From Patescibacteria group bacterium (GTDB taxonomy: Bacteria; Patescibacteriota; Minisyncoccia; Phycocordibacterales; CAIZLB01): DNA of 32,759 bases. A program made the position numbers and the translations under genes. This document shows positions 18,507-28,192 of the stretch, piece by piece. The stretch lies in contig JAUPUG010000038.1 in NCBI GenBank assembly GCA_030917685.1, positions 1-32,759 on the forward strand, written 5' to 3'. The notes beneath the pieces are model-generated. The model saw only the letters and a program-made list of their open reading frames with translations, was not told the DNA's origin and ran no database searches. Within the stretch, counting starts at the first letter, position 1; the number at the start of each line of letters is the position of its first letter.

Positions 18507-19973
18507 ATGTTCGAACAAGCCTTTAAAAATATAGATGATTCTCTGCGGAAAGATGCCGGTTCATCAAGCGAACTCGACTATATCGAGCAGACTTCATGGA
18601 TACTCTTTTTGAAGTATTTGGATGATTTGGAGAAAGATAGAGCTATCTCTGCAAAGCTAGCTGGTAAAAAATACCAATATGTACTACCCGAGGAATTGCG
18701 ATGGGAGACTTGGGCGTGTCCAAAAAACGCAGAAGGGAAGCTTGATCATACAAAAGCTCAAAATGGTGAAGACTTGAAAGATTTTGTTGATCAGAAGCTT
18801 TTTCCTACTCTCAAGAAGTTCAAAGTAGATGCAGAACATGCTGATACTATCGAATACAAGATTGGAGAGATTTTTAGTGAATTGAAAAATAAGATTCAAA
18901 GTGGATATACAATTCGAAATGTTTTAAATATTATCGACAAAATGCACTTTCGTTCGCAAGAAGAAAAGCATGAACTCTCACATCTTTATGAAGGAAAGAT
19001 CAAAAACATGGGTAATGCTGGTAAAAATGGAGGTGAGTACTATACTCCGCGTCCACTCATTAAAACTATTGTACAAGTAGTTGGTCCAAAGATCGGCGAT
19101 ACTATATATGACGGTGCTGTAGGCTCTGCGGGTTTTCTTGTAGAAGCTTTTGAGTATCTCAAAATGAGCAAGGGAAGTATTGAGAAACTTTCTGTAAAAG
19201 AAATGAATACTCTACAAAAAGAGACCTTCTATGGAAAAGAGAAAAAGTCTCTTGCGTACATCATTGGTATTATGAATATGATCTTGCATGGTATCGATGC
19301 ACCAAATATTATTCATACAAATACGCTGGGTGAAAACTTGATGGATATTCAAGAGAAAGATAGATACTCTGTAGTGCTCGCAAACCCGCCTTTTGGAGGT
19401 AAAGAACATACAGAGGTACAACAAAACTTTCCTATAAAAACAGGAGAGACTGCTTCATTGTTCTTGCAGCATTTTATAAAAATCCTCAAAGCAGGAGGAA
19501 AAGCTGGTGTGGTTATTAAAAATACTTTTCTCTCAAATACTGATAATGCATCTGTGGCTCTTCGAAAGCTTTTGCTTGAAAGTTGTAATCTTCATACAGT
19601 CCTCGATCTCCCAGGAGGAACTTTTACAGGTGCAGGGGTAAAGACTGTTGTACTTTTTTTCGAAAAAGGAAAAACGACAAAGAAAGTGTGGTTCTATCAG
19701 CTCAATCTCGATAGAAATCTCGGCAGAACTAATCCACTCAATGAAAAAGATTTGGCTGATTTCATAACTCTTCAAAAGACTAAGGCTGACTCTGAAAATT
19801 CATGGTCGGTGGATGTTTCGACTATTGATCAGAATACATTTGACCTTTCGGTAAAGAATCCAAACAAAGGTGGGGAAGTGAAGCTTCGTGAGCCGAAGGA
19901 TATTTTGAAGGAGATTTCTGAATTAGATAAAGAAAGTATAGAAATATTATCAGTAATAAAATCTATTATATAA
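18507..19973 (+). CDS. hsdM: Type I R-M N6-adenine methyltransferase
   Basis: GEYYTPRPLI, YDGAVGSAGFL and NPPF motifs. Confidence 0.95.
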   Translation: MFEQAFKNIDDSLRKDAGSSSELDYIEQTSWILFLKYLDDLEKDRAISAKLAGKKYQYVLPEELRWETWACPKNAEGKLDHTKAQNGEDLKDFVDQKLFPTLKKFKVDAEHADTIEYKIGEIFSELKNKIQSGYTIRNVLNIIDKMHFRSQEEKHELSHLYEGKIKNMGNAGKNGGEYYTPRPLIKTIVQVVGPKIGDTIYDGAVGSAGFLVEAFEYLKMSKGSIEKLSVKEMNTLQKETFYGKEKKSLAYIIGIMNMILHGIDAPNIIHTNTLGENLMDIQEKDRYSVVLANPPFGGKEHTEVQQNFPIKTGETASLFLQHFIKILKAGGKAGVVIKNTFLSNTDNASVALRKLLLESCNLHTVLDLPGGTFTGAGVKTVVLFFEKGKTTKKVWFYQLNLDRNLGRTNPLNEKDLADFITLQKTKADSENSWSVDVSTIDQNTFDLSVKNPNKGGEVKLREPKDILKEISELDKESIEILSVIKSII

Positions 19974-19977
19974 AAAT

Positions 19978-20235
19978 ATGAACGGCATAAAATTTTCAGA
20001 TATAAAGACAGAGTTGCAGGCTGCCTTAGGTGAAAAATTAAAACAGACCCCAATTCTCGGGGAGGCCGGTTTTACGTTGATTGATGGTTTTATGACCTTG
20101 TCACTTAACGGTGAGTTATCAAACAATTTAATCATTGGTGGTCCAAGCATTCCTACTGTTGGAATTGTCGGTAACACGTCTGGTCGAATCTATACTTTTG
20201 CCTTGAAGGTTATTCTTCCTAATATTAAGATTTAA
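19978..20235 (+). CDS. Small hypothetical protein inserted in the hsd operon
   Basis: 85 aa; starts 4 nt after the hsdM stop and ends 1 nt before the next ATG. Confidence 0.7.
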   Translation: MNGIKFSDIKTELQAALGEKLKQTPILGEAGFTLIDGFMTLSLNGELSNNLIIGGPSIPTVGIVGNTSGRIYTFALKVILPNIKI

Positions 20236-20236
20236 T

Positions 20237-20767
20237 ATGAATGAAAATACTACAGAGGTATCATCAGATGTAAACGCTAAGCCTGCTGATTCTTCACAAA
20301 TTAGTGAAAATTTAGCTATTCAGAATACCGTAAATACCGAAACTTTTGATAATTTAAAGAAAGAAGTATTACAACTTAAAGATGATTTTAATAATGAAAA
20401 AAATAAAATTGTCTCGCTTAAAACAGATTTTGAAAAAAGTAAATTTGATCTAATTACGCTCATTGGTATTTTTGTAGGTTTAATTACTTATTTAGGTCTA
20501 GAAATTCAGGTGTTTAAAACTATTAACAATCCACTTTTAATCATTGGTGTATCAGTATTTTTTATCGCCTCGATCTTATTATTCATTCTCGGTATAAATT
20601 CAGTAATGAAGAAGATGGAGTCACTCACATGGAGAGATTTTAATAATCCTCTATACGTTATACTCACAGTTTTATTAATTATATCTATATTTTTTATTCT
20701 TATTGGTTATAAAGACTATTCAAATAGTAATCTCAATATTCACTATATAAGCAATTATGAAAACTAA
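20237..20767 (+). CDS. Coiled-coil plus 3-TM membrane protein inserted in the hsd operon
   Basis: Coiled coil FDNLKKEVLQLKDDF..., three hydrophobic segments; overlaps the hsdS start. Confidence 0.75.
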   Translation: MNENTTEVSSDVNAKPADSSQISENLAIQNTVNTETFDNLKKEVLQLKDDFNNEKNKIVSLKTDFEKSKFDLITLIGIFVGLITYLGLEIQVFKTINNPLLIIGVSVFFIASILLFILGINSVMKKMESLTWRDFNNPLYVILTVLLIISIFFILIGYKDYSNSNLNIHYISNYEN

Positions 20768-21968
20768 CTGGCAAACGAAAAAACTTGGAGAAGTTTGCGA
20801 GATTGTAAACGGCTCAACCCCATTGAGAAGTAATAAGGATTTTTGGGAGGGCGGTAATATTGATTGGTTTACAATTGAGGATATTAGGAAGCAGGGGAGA
20901 GTTATAAGGATTACTGAACAAAAAATTACTCAAAGAGCATTGAAAAAGATGGGTGATAGATTATTGCCGCCTGAGTCGGTATTGTTGTGCTGTACTGCAT
21001 CGGTGGGAGAATATGCCATAACAAAGGTACCTCTCGTAACAAATCAGCAATTCAATGGTTTGGTTATAAAAGATTCTAGAATTCTTAACCCTATGTTTTT
21101 GTTTTATTTTTCCTCAATGCTTAAGGATCATCTCCTGACACTTAGTGGCAAAGCTACAATTGATTTTATTCCTATAAGTAGATTGAAGAATATTGATATA
21201 AACTATCCTCAAATCTCTGAACAAAAGAGAATAGTCAAAATCCTAGATGAAACTTTTAAAAAAATTGAAAGAATAAAGAAGAATTTAGAAGCAAATCGGA
21301 GCAGTTCTATAGAGTTTTTTGACTCCTATTTGCAGGATGTGTTAAAAATGAATGCAAAAAAATGGAAAAGTTCAATTTTGAAGGAGTTGTCCATCAAAAT
21401 AGGGAGTGGGGCCACCCCTAGAGGAGGAAAGGATTCTTATACCAATGAAGGCACTTCTCTTGTTAGGAGTATGAATGTGCACGATAGATTTTTTAAAGAA
21501 AAGAATCTTGCTTACATAAACGAAAAACAAGCTAAGGATCTATCGAATGTTACTCTTGAAGAGAATGATGTGCTTGTAAATATTACAGGTGCATCAGTCG
21601 CGAGGTCGTGTGTATTTCCTGGAAAGTATTTGCCAGCAAGAGTCAATCAGCACGTATCAATCATCAGAGTGGATCAAGATGTGATTGATCCAAAATTCTT
21701 AAACTTCCTTTTAACTTCTAATTTTTATAAAAAGCAACTCCTTGCTACAGGTGAGCAAGGATCGACTCGACAAGCAATAACTAAATCGCAGCTAGAGTGT
21801 TTTGAGGTTGAATACCCATCTCTGGTAGAACAAAAATCCATCGTCAAAAAACTAGACGCCCTCTCAGAAAAAACTAAAAAACTAGAAGAAATCTACAAGA
21901 GAAAACTCCAGAATATAGATGAGCTTAAAAAGTCTATTTTGCAGAAGGCTTTTAATGGGAAGCTATAG
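20757..21968 (+). CDS. hsdS: Type I R-M specificity subunit
   Basis: Two target recognition domains (W..KKLGEV...GSTP; WK..LKEL...GSGATP) with P..EQKRIV..LD conserved helices. Confidence 0.93.
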   Translation: MKTNWQTKKLGEVCEIVNGSTPLRSNKDFWEGGNIDWFTIEDIRKQGRVIRITEQKITQRALKKMGDRLLPPESVLLCCTASVGEYAITKVPLVTNQQFNGLVIKDSRILNPMFLFYFSSMLKDHLLTLSGKATIDFIPISRLKNIDINYPQISEQKRIVKILDETFKKIERIKKNLEANRSSSIEFFDSYLQDVLKMNAKKWKSSILKELSIKIGSGATPRGGKDSYTNEGTSLVRSMNVHDRFFKEKNLAYINEKQAKDLSNVTLEENDVLVNITGASVARSCVFPGKYLPARVNQHVSIIRVDQDVIDPKFLNFLLTSNFYKKQLLATGEQGSTRQAITKSQLECFEVEYPSLVEQKSIVKKLDALSEKTKKLEEIYKRKLQNIDELKKSILQKAFNGKL

Positions 21969-22045
21969 GTTTGTATACATCTCTTGACTCAATGTATACA
22001 AACCTATATACTTTCTATACATTCAAAAAAAGATGTATACAAACC
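21964..22045 (+). promoter_or_regulatory. fic-hsdR internal promoter with three operator boxes
   Basis: 17-bp perfect inverted repeat 21964-21980/21992-22008 flanking TTGACT(21984)-17 bp-TATACT(22007); third ATGTATACAAACC at 22033. Confidence 0.8.
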
Positions 22046-23199
22046 CTAAAATCATGCAAATAGGCCAAAATATCCCACAGAAAGGAGGTTTTAAAGCTTT
22101 TATTCCAGACACCTTTCCACCAAAGGCTGGCTTTGAATTTGATTCAAGCATTATAAAAAAGAGTAATGAAGCTACACGACTTCTTGGTAAACTCGATGGT
22201 ATTACCAAGCTTCTTCCTGATGCTGACTTCTTTTTGCTTATGTATCTTAGAAAAGATGCGGCATCTTCAAGTCAGATTGAGGGAACAATGGCAACTATGG
22301 TAGATGCAATAGAAGTTGAAATACAACAAAGCTCAAATATTCCGCAAGATGTGGATGATATTTTGCATTACATAAAAGCACTCAACTACGGAATAAAAAG
22401 AGTGACCGACGAAGACTTTCCTATTTCACTCCGTTTTATTTGTGAGTTACATAAGCAACTTATGGACCAGGCTCGTTCGACACATCATGCGTATCCAGGT
22501 GAGTTTCGTCGAAGTCAAAACTGGATTGGTGGTACTAAACCAGAAACTGCTCGTTTTGTTCCACCGCCAGTAGAAGATATGCAGCGAGCACTCAATGATC
22601 TTGAAAAATTTATTCACTCAGAGGATTCTCTGTTGGATATTATTAAAGCTGGATTAATTCACTCGCAGTTTGAAACCATCCACCCTTTTACTGATGGTAA
22701 TGGAAGAACAGGGCGAATGCTTATTACGTTCTATCTATGGAAAGTTGGTCTACTTGAAAAGCCCGTTCTATTCCTCTCGTCATACTTTAAAAGACACCAA
22801 GAAGTGTATTACGAAAAGCTAGCAAGCTATCATAGTGATAACGGTAATATTTCAGATTGGATAAACTTCTTTCTTGATGGAGTTATTGAAATTGCAAAGG
22901 AAGCAATATCAACAGTTGAAAAAATCACTATTCTTCGAGAGAAAGATATGCTCAAGATCCAAAAACTTGGTAAGCGTGCATCAGAGAGTGCTTCTTTGGT
23001 GTTGCCAAAATTATACGCGCAGCCGATTATAAGTGTATCCCTTATCCAAAAGTGGACAGGTTTTACAAGAGCAGGAGCGCAGGCTGTTATTGATCGTTTT
23101 ATTGAACTCGGGATATTATCTCCTAAAGATAAGGATAAAAAGTATGGACAGTCGTATATTTACAAAAAGTATATTACTATATTCAGTGAGGGTGAATAA
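22033..23199 (+). CDS. Fic-family protein (Fic_N plus Fic, likely AMPylase, C-terminal wHTH-like region)
   Basis: Canonical HPFTDGNGRTGR and N-terminal inhibitory SSQIEG. The start may be ATG 22054. Confidence 0.92.
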   Translation: MYTNPKIMQIGQNIPQKGGFKAFIPDTFPPKAGFEFDSSIIKKSNEATRLLGKLDGITKLLPDADFFLLMYLRKDAASSSQIEGTMATMVDAIEVEIQQSSNIPQDVDDILHYIKALNYGIKRVTDEDFPISLRFICELHKQLMDQARSTHHAYPGEFRRSQNWIGGTKPETARFVPPPVEDMQRALNDLEKFIHSEDSLLDIIKAGLIHSQFETIHPFTDGNGRTGRMLITFYLWKVGLLEKPVLFLSSYFKRHQEVYYEKLASYHSDNGNISDWINFFLDGVIEIAKEAISTVEKITILREKDMLKIQKLGKRASESASLVLPKLYAQPIISVSLIQKWTGFTRAGAQAVIDRFIELGILSPKDKDKKYGQSYIYKKYITIFSEGE

Positions 23200-23218
23200 A
23201 ATCAATTAATCTATTACC

Positions 23219-25591
23219 ATGAACGAATCCGAAACAAGAGCTGAACTCATAGACCCACAACTGCGTGAAGCTGGATGGGGTGTTATTGAGGACACAAAGA
23301 TACTTCGAGAATTTCGTATCACTCCTGGGAAAATAGAGATGGGTGACAATAGACGTAATCCTGAGATTGCGGACTATATTTTGGTATATAAAAATGAGAA
23401 GTTGGCTGTGGTTGAAGCAAAAAAAGAGTCACTCGACTATACCGAGGGTGTAGCTCAGGCAAAGACGTATGCGAAGAAGCTTACAATCCCTTTTGGATAT
23501 TCTACAAATGGAAAGGGAATCTATGAGATTTCCATGAATACCGGTGCTGAGCTTCCTGTATTAAAATTTCCAACACCTGCAGAACTCTGGGATAAAATAT
23601 ATTCAAAAGAATTACAAGCACGAAATGAGTGGAAAGAAAAGTTCCAGGCTGTTCCTTTTGAAGATGTGAATGCAACAAGACCTGCTCGATACTATCAAGA
23701 GATTGCAGTGAATTGTGTGGTCAATGCTGTTGCTGAAGATAAGCAGAGAATTCTTCTGACACTTGCAACTGGTACAGGTAAAACATTTGTTGCATTTCAA
23801 GTTGCTTGGAAACTATTCCAAGCTAGATGGAACAAGGCGAGAGATGGACAGAGACAACCTCGAATCCTCTTTTTGGCAGATAGAAATATTCTCGCAGATC
23901 AGGCGTACAATTCTTTCGGTGCATTTCCAGAAAATTCTCTAGTACGTATTACTCCTGCAAATATTAGAAGACACGGTGAAGTACCAATGAATGGAAGTGT
24001 ATTCTTTGCAATCTTTCAGACATTCATGAGCGGTCCAAATGAAACTCCATACTACGGTGATTATCCATCAGACTTTTTCGATTTCATTATCATAGACGAG
24101 TGTCATCGAGGTGGATCAAATGACGAATCAAATTGGCGTGGAATCTTGGATTATTTTTCACCTGCTGTACAACTCGGTCTTACGGCGACACCTAAGAGAG
24201 ATGACAACGCAGACACTTATAAATATTTTGGTGAGCCAGTCTATGTATATTCTCTCAAAGAAGGAATTAATGACGGGTTTCTCACGCCATTTAAAGTTAA
24301 GCGAATAAAAACTACACTCGATGAATATATCTATACACCTGATGACCGAGTAATAGAGGGAGAAGTAGAAGAAGGAAAAGTATATACCGAAGACGATTTT
24401 GCCAAAGGTGATATCCATATACAAGAACGAGAAGAAGCTCGTGTAAAAGTGTTTCTCAAGCAAATCAATCAGAATGAAAAGACCCTCGTGTTTTGTGCAA
24501 CCCAAAGTCATGCTTTGCTTGTTCGAAATTTGATCAATAAACACAAAGAGAGTGTTGACCCTGACTATTGTCATCGAGTAACTGCGAATGATGGAATGCT
24601 CGGTGAACAATATCTACGAGAGTTTCAGGATAATGAAAAGACAATTCCAACAATACTTACTACATCGCAGAAACTTTCTACTGGAGTAGATGCACGAAAT
24701 GTCCGAAATATCGTACTTATGCGACCTGTAAATTCAATGATTGAATTCAAGCAGATTGTTGGGCGAGGAACTCGACTTTTTGATGGTAAGAAGTACTTTA
24801 CGATTATCGACTTTGTCGATGCATATCATCATTTTCTTGATCCAGAATGGGATGGTGAGCCTGCAGAAAAAACTGATATAGAAGAAGGGGATGATGGGGA
24901 AACTGGAGAAGGAGACGAAGGTGGAAATACTCCACCAGGTCAGTCAAAAGTATGCGGTGATTGTGGGGAGAAACCGTGCGTATGTGAGACTGAACCAAAT
25001 CCTCCGAGAGTTGAAAAGCTAAAGATCAAGCTCGCTGATGGAAAAGAGCGAAAAATACAGCACATGGTTTCAACTTCATTTTGGAGTGCTGACGGTATGC
25101 CTATTTCAACAGAGCAATTTTTGCAGAATATGTTTGGTTCCTTACCTCAATTTTTTAAAGATGAAAACGAACTGCGACAGATTTGGTCAAATCCAACTAC
25201 TCGAAAGATATTCTTGGATAAGATTGCTATGGAAGGCTTTGAAATTGAACAGCTTGAAACACTGCAAAAGATGGTAGATGCTGAAAATTCTGATTTGTTC
25301 GATGTTCTCGCTTATATCGCTTTTACTAAAAAGCCTATCACTCGACTCGAACGTATTGAGAATACCAAGTACGACATTCTCGAAGGTCTTGATCAAAAGC
25401 ATAGAGAGTTTATTGAATTTGTACTCGCGAAATATCAAGAACGAGGAGTAGAAGAGTTGGATGAGGAAAAGCTGCCAGACCTTTTGAATCTCAAATATCA
25501 CTCTATTAGTGATGCGGAACGATTGCTTGGAGGTGTTGACGCTATTCGTACACTCTTCTTTAATTTTCAAAAGAATTTGTATTCGAAATAA
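23219..25591 (+). CDS. hsdR: Type I R-M restriction subunit (EcoEI/EcoAI-like)
   Basis: ADY..VVEAKK nuclease motif, ATGTGKT Walker A, DECH, TATP, QIVGRGTR. Confidence 0.95.
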   Translation: MNESETRAELIDPQLREAGWGVIEDTKILREFRITPGKIEMGDNRRNPEIADYILVYKNEKLAVVEAKKESLDYTEGVAQAKTYAKKLTIPFGYSTNGKGIYEISMNTGAELPVLKFPTPAELWDKIYSKELQARNEWKEKFQAVPFEDVNATRPARYYQEIAVNCVVNAVAEDKQRILLTLATGTGKTFVAFQVAWKLFQARWNKARDGQRQPRILFLADRNILADQAYNSFGAFPENSLVRITPANIRRHGEVPMNGSVFFAIFQTFMSGPNETPYYGDYPSDFFDFIIIDECHRGGSNDESNWRGILDYFSPAVQLGLTATPKRDDNADTYKYFGEPVYVYSLKEGINDGFLTPFKVKRIKTTLDEYIYTPDDRVIEGEVEEGKVYTEDDFAKGDIHIQEREEARVKVFLKQINQNEKTLVFCATQSHALLVRNLINKHKESVDPDYCHRVTANDGMLGEQYLREFQDNEKTIPTILTTSQKLSTGVDARNVRNIVLMRPVNSMIEFKQIVGRGTRLFDGKKYFTIIDFVDAYHHFLDPEWDGEPAEKTDIEEGDDGETGEGDEGGNTPPGQSKVCGDCGEKPCVCETEPNPPRVEKLKIKLADGKERKIQHMVSTSFWSADGMPISTEQFLQNMFGSLPQFFKDENELRQIWSNPTTRKIFLDKIAMEGFEIEQLETLQKMVDAENSDLFDVLAYIAFTKKPITRLERIENTKYDILEGLDQKHREFIEFVLAKYQERGVEELDEEKLPDLLNLKYHSISDAERLLGGVDAIRTLFFNFQKNLYSK

Positions 25592-25607
25592 AATATAAGG
25601 TTTAAAA

Positions 25608-26090
25608 ATGAAACCCGATAAAAATAACATTGGAAATGCAGGAGAATATTATGTCGCTTCCAAGCTCTCTGCAATGGACTGTATTGTGACTGTGACGCTG
25701 GGTAGGGCAGAAGCGTTTGATTTGCTAATTGTTACTAAGAATGGAAAAGGTTCGCATTACAAGGTTTCTGTTAAAACTGCTTGGAGTGCGACGGCAGGTT
25801 CTTTTGTCTTAAATGAAAAAGCTGAATTAATCAATTCACCAGATTTATTTTATGCATTCGTTAAGATTAATGAGAATGTCAGTAGTCCAGAAGTTTGGGT
25901 AATACCTAGCTCTTTTGTTGCTTCTGTAGTTAAAAAATCTCATCAAAACTATATTGAGTCTGGTCATAACCAAAATTCATTACGTGGATTTCCTATTGCA
26001 AAGCCAAGGGGTTCATATGATAAATATTACGACTTTGTTGATTTCAATAAGATTGATAAGTACAAGGGTAATTATTCTGTTTTTGAATAA
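25608..26090 (+). CDS. Putative PD-(D/E)XK nuclease
   Basis: GNAGEYYVASKL...FDLL...VSVKT layout. Confidence 0.65.
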   Translation: MKPDKNNIGNAGEYYVASKLSAMDCIVTVTLGRAEAFDLLIVTKNGKGSHYKVSVKTAWSATAGSFVLNEKAELINSPDLFYAFVKINENVSSPEVWVIPSSFVASVVKKSHQNYIESGHNQNSLRGFPIAKPRGSYDKYYDFVDFNKIDKYKGNYSVFE

Positions 26091-26107
26091 TCATTAATAC
26101 ATATCTT

Positions 26108-26659
26108 ATGAATCCTACAAATCTAAACCCAGAAATAAAAGAATTCGGCACACCACGTGAAAACGAAGAACGTCGTGATGGTGGATGCGGTATTGTGTAT
26201 GATCCTGCTACAAAGCTTTTTGCAGTTGGTAAACAACATCAGACTGACCCAGCGACTGGAGCACCTCTGCCTACAGATGGAGCACTTCGAATATTCTCAG
26301 GAGGAGTAAGTGCAGATGAAGATATTACAGAAGGAATACTCCGAGAGGTCCAAGAGGAAAGTGGTCTCTACGATTTCGCTCAAGTTGAACTGATTGGCCA
26401 AGCTTTTACCCATTATCACAATAGTCTGCGAAATGTGAATCGTGTAGCTCTCGCCACATGTCTCCTCATTGTATTGAAAAGCGCCGATGTGCGAGCTGTT
26501 GAACTTGAAGAACATGAAAAGTTTTCTCTCGTATGGGTAACTGCCGAAGAACTACTCGCTGATATGAAAGCTCGAAATGGAAATAAGGACAATGACCATT
26601 GGATATATTTTATGGAAAAAGCTACCCTGAGATTAGGGGAGTTGGGTTTTGGGATATAA
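26108..26659 (+). CDS. NUDIX hydrolase
   Basis: Nudix box GGVSADEDITEGILREVQEESGL. Confidence 0.85.
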   Translation: MNPTNLNPEIKEFGTPRENEERRDGGCGIVYDPATKLFAVGKQHQTDPATGAPLPTDGALRIFSGGVSADEDITEGILREVQEESGLYDFAQVELIGQAFTHYHNSLRNVNRVALATCLLIVLKSADVRAVELEEHEKFSLVWVTAEELLADMKARNGNKDNDHWIYFMEKATLRLGELGFGI

Positions 26660-26689
26660 TTTGAATACAAACAGTATATAAAGACTACT

Positions 26690-26968
26690 ATGATTATCCT
26701 CGACGTACGAACACCAGAAGAATTTGAAGAAATGCACATTGCGAGTGCTTTGAATTTGCCGTTGAATGATATATACGAAAACACTGCACATGCACAAGAA
26801 GTGCTTGGTAAAATCGCGGCACTTGGAAAAGATGCGTCAATCAAAGTGCATTGTGCATCAGGTGGTAGAGCAGCTATTGCGTGTCAGTTGTTGAAACAGC
26901 AAGGCTTTACGAATGTAGAAAATCTCGGAGGATATGATGATGCATGTAAGTGTGTAGAGAAGGCTTAA
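26690..26968 (+). CDS. Single-domain rhodanese-like protein
   Basis: LDVRTPEEF..HI..ALNLP, active-site HCASGGRA, GFTNVENLGG. Confidence 0.9.
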   Translation: MIILDVRTPEEFEEMHIASALNLPLNDIYENTAHAQEVLGKIAALGKDASIKVHCASGGRAAIACQLLKQQGFTNVENLGGYDDACKCVEKA

Positions 26969-27025
26969 TAAAGTGTCGTGCACTAGTTCTATGTGCTAAG
27001 TCTGTACGCAAATATTTTTGATAAT

Positions 27026-27070
27026 AAAAAGCCCGCGCACTCAGTGAAGAGTACGCGGGGTTAATTTTTT
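27026..27070. terminator. Bidirectional terminator
   Basis: A-run, CCCGCGCACTC/GAGTACGCGGG stem, T-run, between convergent genes. Confidence 0.75.
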
Positions 27071-27119
27071 GACGAATCCTGTCACCTAAGCCTGATGAGC
27101 CTAAGTGGGTTGAATCAAA

Positions 27120-27650
27120 TCACTTCGCTTCATCTTTTGTCGGCTGAATGAGCAGTTTGTGAAGTCCTCGAATTATTTGGTGAGCTTCTGACTCCCAGAA
27201 CTCTTTATGTTTCACTCCGTCGACTACTTTGCCTCCTGATGATGTCATCATCTTATCGTTTTTTGGATCAAATGCCGCGTCGATTGTTCCATCGAGGTGA
27301 AGCGAAATAAACCAATCAGTGGTCGCTCTGACTTTTTTGCCTGGGTCATTCCAGCTAAACGAGATGTTCCCGATGCTCTCACCATTCACAGCTGGGATGT
27401 GTTGGATGGTCAGATGTTTACCACAGACTTCTTTTGAAATCTGATAGACTACCGCGGAAGCAGTAAGTGTCTCAGTGCTCAATCCTGAGTGTGTCACCAT
27501 CTTGTTGCTGTCCACTTTGATGACTTTGATGATCTGATCAAGCATCGTTGCGTATTCGCTTTGTTCCTGTGCAGTGGAAGCTTGAGTTCCGATGCCGAGG
27601 AAGAAACAAAAAAGGGCGATTGCTAGTGTGAGGGTCTTGGTCGTTTTCAT
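27120..27650 (-). CDS. Secreted hypothetical protein
   Basis: Signal peptide MKTTKTLTLAIALFCFFLGIGTQA. Confidence 0.7.
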   Translation of the reverse strand: MKTTKTLTLAIALFCFFLGIGTQASTAQEQSEYATMLDQIIKVIKVDSNKMVTHSGLSTETLTASAVVYQISKEVCGKHLTIQHIPAVNGESIGNISFSWNDPGKKVRATTDWFISLHLDGTIDAAFDPKNDKMMTSSGGKVVDGVKHKEFWESEAHQIIRGLHKLLIQPTKDEAK

Positions 27651-27930
27651 GAGTATGTAATTGTCAGGGTGCTGTTGATTTGTTGGCTGCTGTTCGTTGA
27701 TCTGAATCTCTGTCTACTTTGACTATTGCAATGAATCTTGCAAAGTTGACCAATAGTAGAACATTGATTCGATATATTGTCAAAGCTTTGGGAGGGTGAA
27801 TTCAGAGGGAAGGCTCTTTGGAGGACATTAATTTGAGCCTCGTGAAATACAAATCAGTCTCGCTCGTCTCTATGTGATACAATTTAAAAAAATAAACACG
27901 CGCTACACTCATAACTAACTCACACCAACC

Positions 27931-28140
27931 ATGAACCACCTCACACACAAAAAACTATATAGAAGTAAAACAGACCGAGTTTGGACAGGAGTATGCGGAG
28001 GACTAGCGGAATATTTAAACATAGACTCAAACTTCCTCAGACTTATTTGGGTGTTTGCAGTAATCATAACTGGACTCGTTCCAGGTGTACTTGTGTATTT
28101 TATTGCTCTCGCAATTGTTCCAGAAAAGTTAGCGGAATAA
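27931..28140 (+). CDS. pspC: PspC-domain protein
   Basis: KKLYRSKTDRVWTGVCGGLAEYLNID...RL motif. Confidence 0.9.
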   Translation: MNHLTHKKLYRSKTDRVWTGVCGGLAEYLNIDSNFLRLIWVFAVIITGLVPGVLVYFIALAIVPEKLAE

Positions 28141-28192
28141 CATACTGTCACTAAATACCTTTACTCTCATAACACAGACACAAACAGATATC

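Noticed and set aside
12977-26968. Sulfur-based DNA modification system linking cysDN, rhodanese and the R-M genes
   Set aside because: No dnd/ssp, cysteine desulfurase or sulfotransferase genes; the loci are separated by unrelated genes and a terminator; the attenuator points to amino-acid supply.
27081-27118. CTGATGAG resembling a hammerhead ribozyme core
   Set aside because: No GAAA after the putative stem II, and no room for stem I after the upstream GTC.
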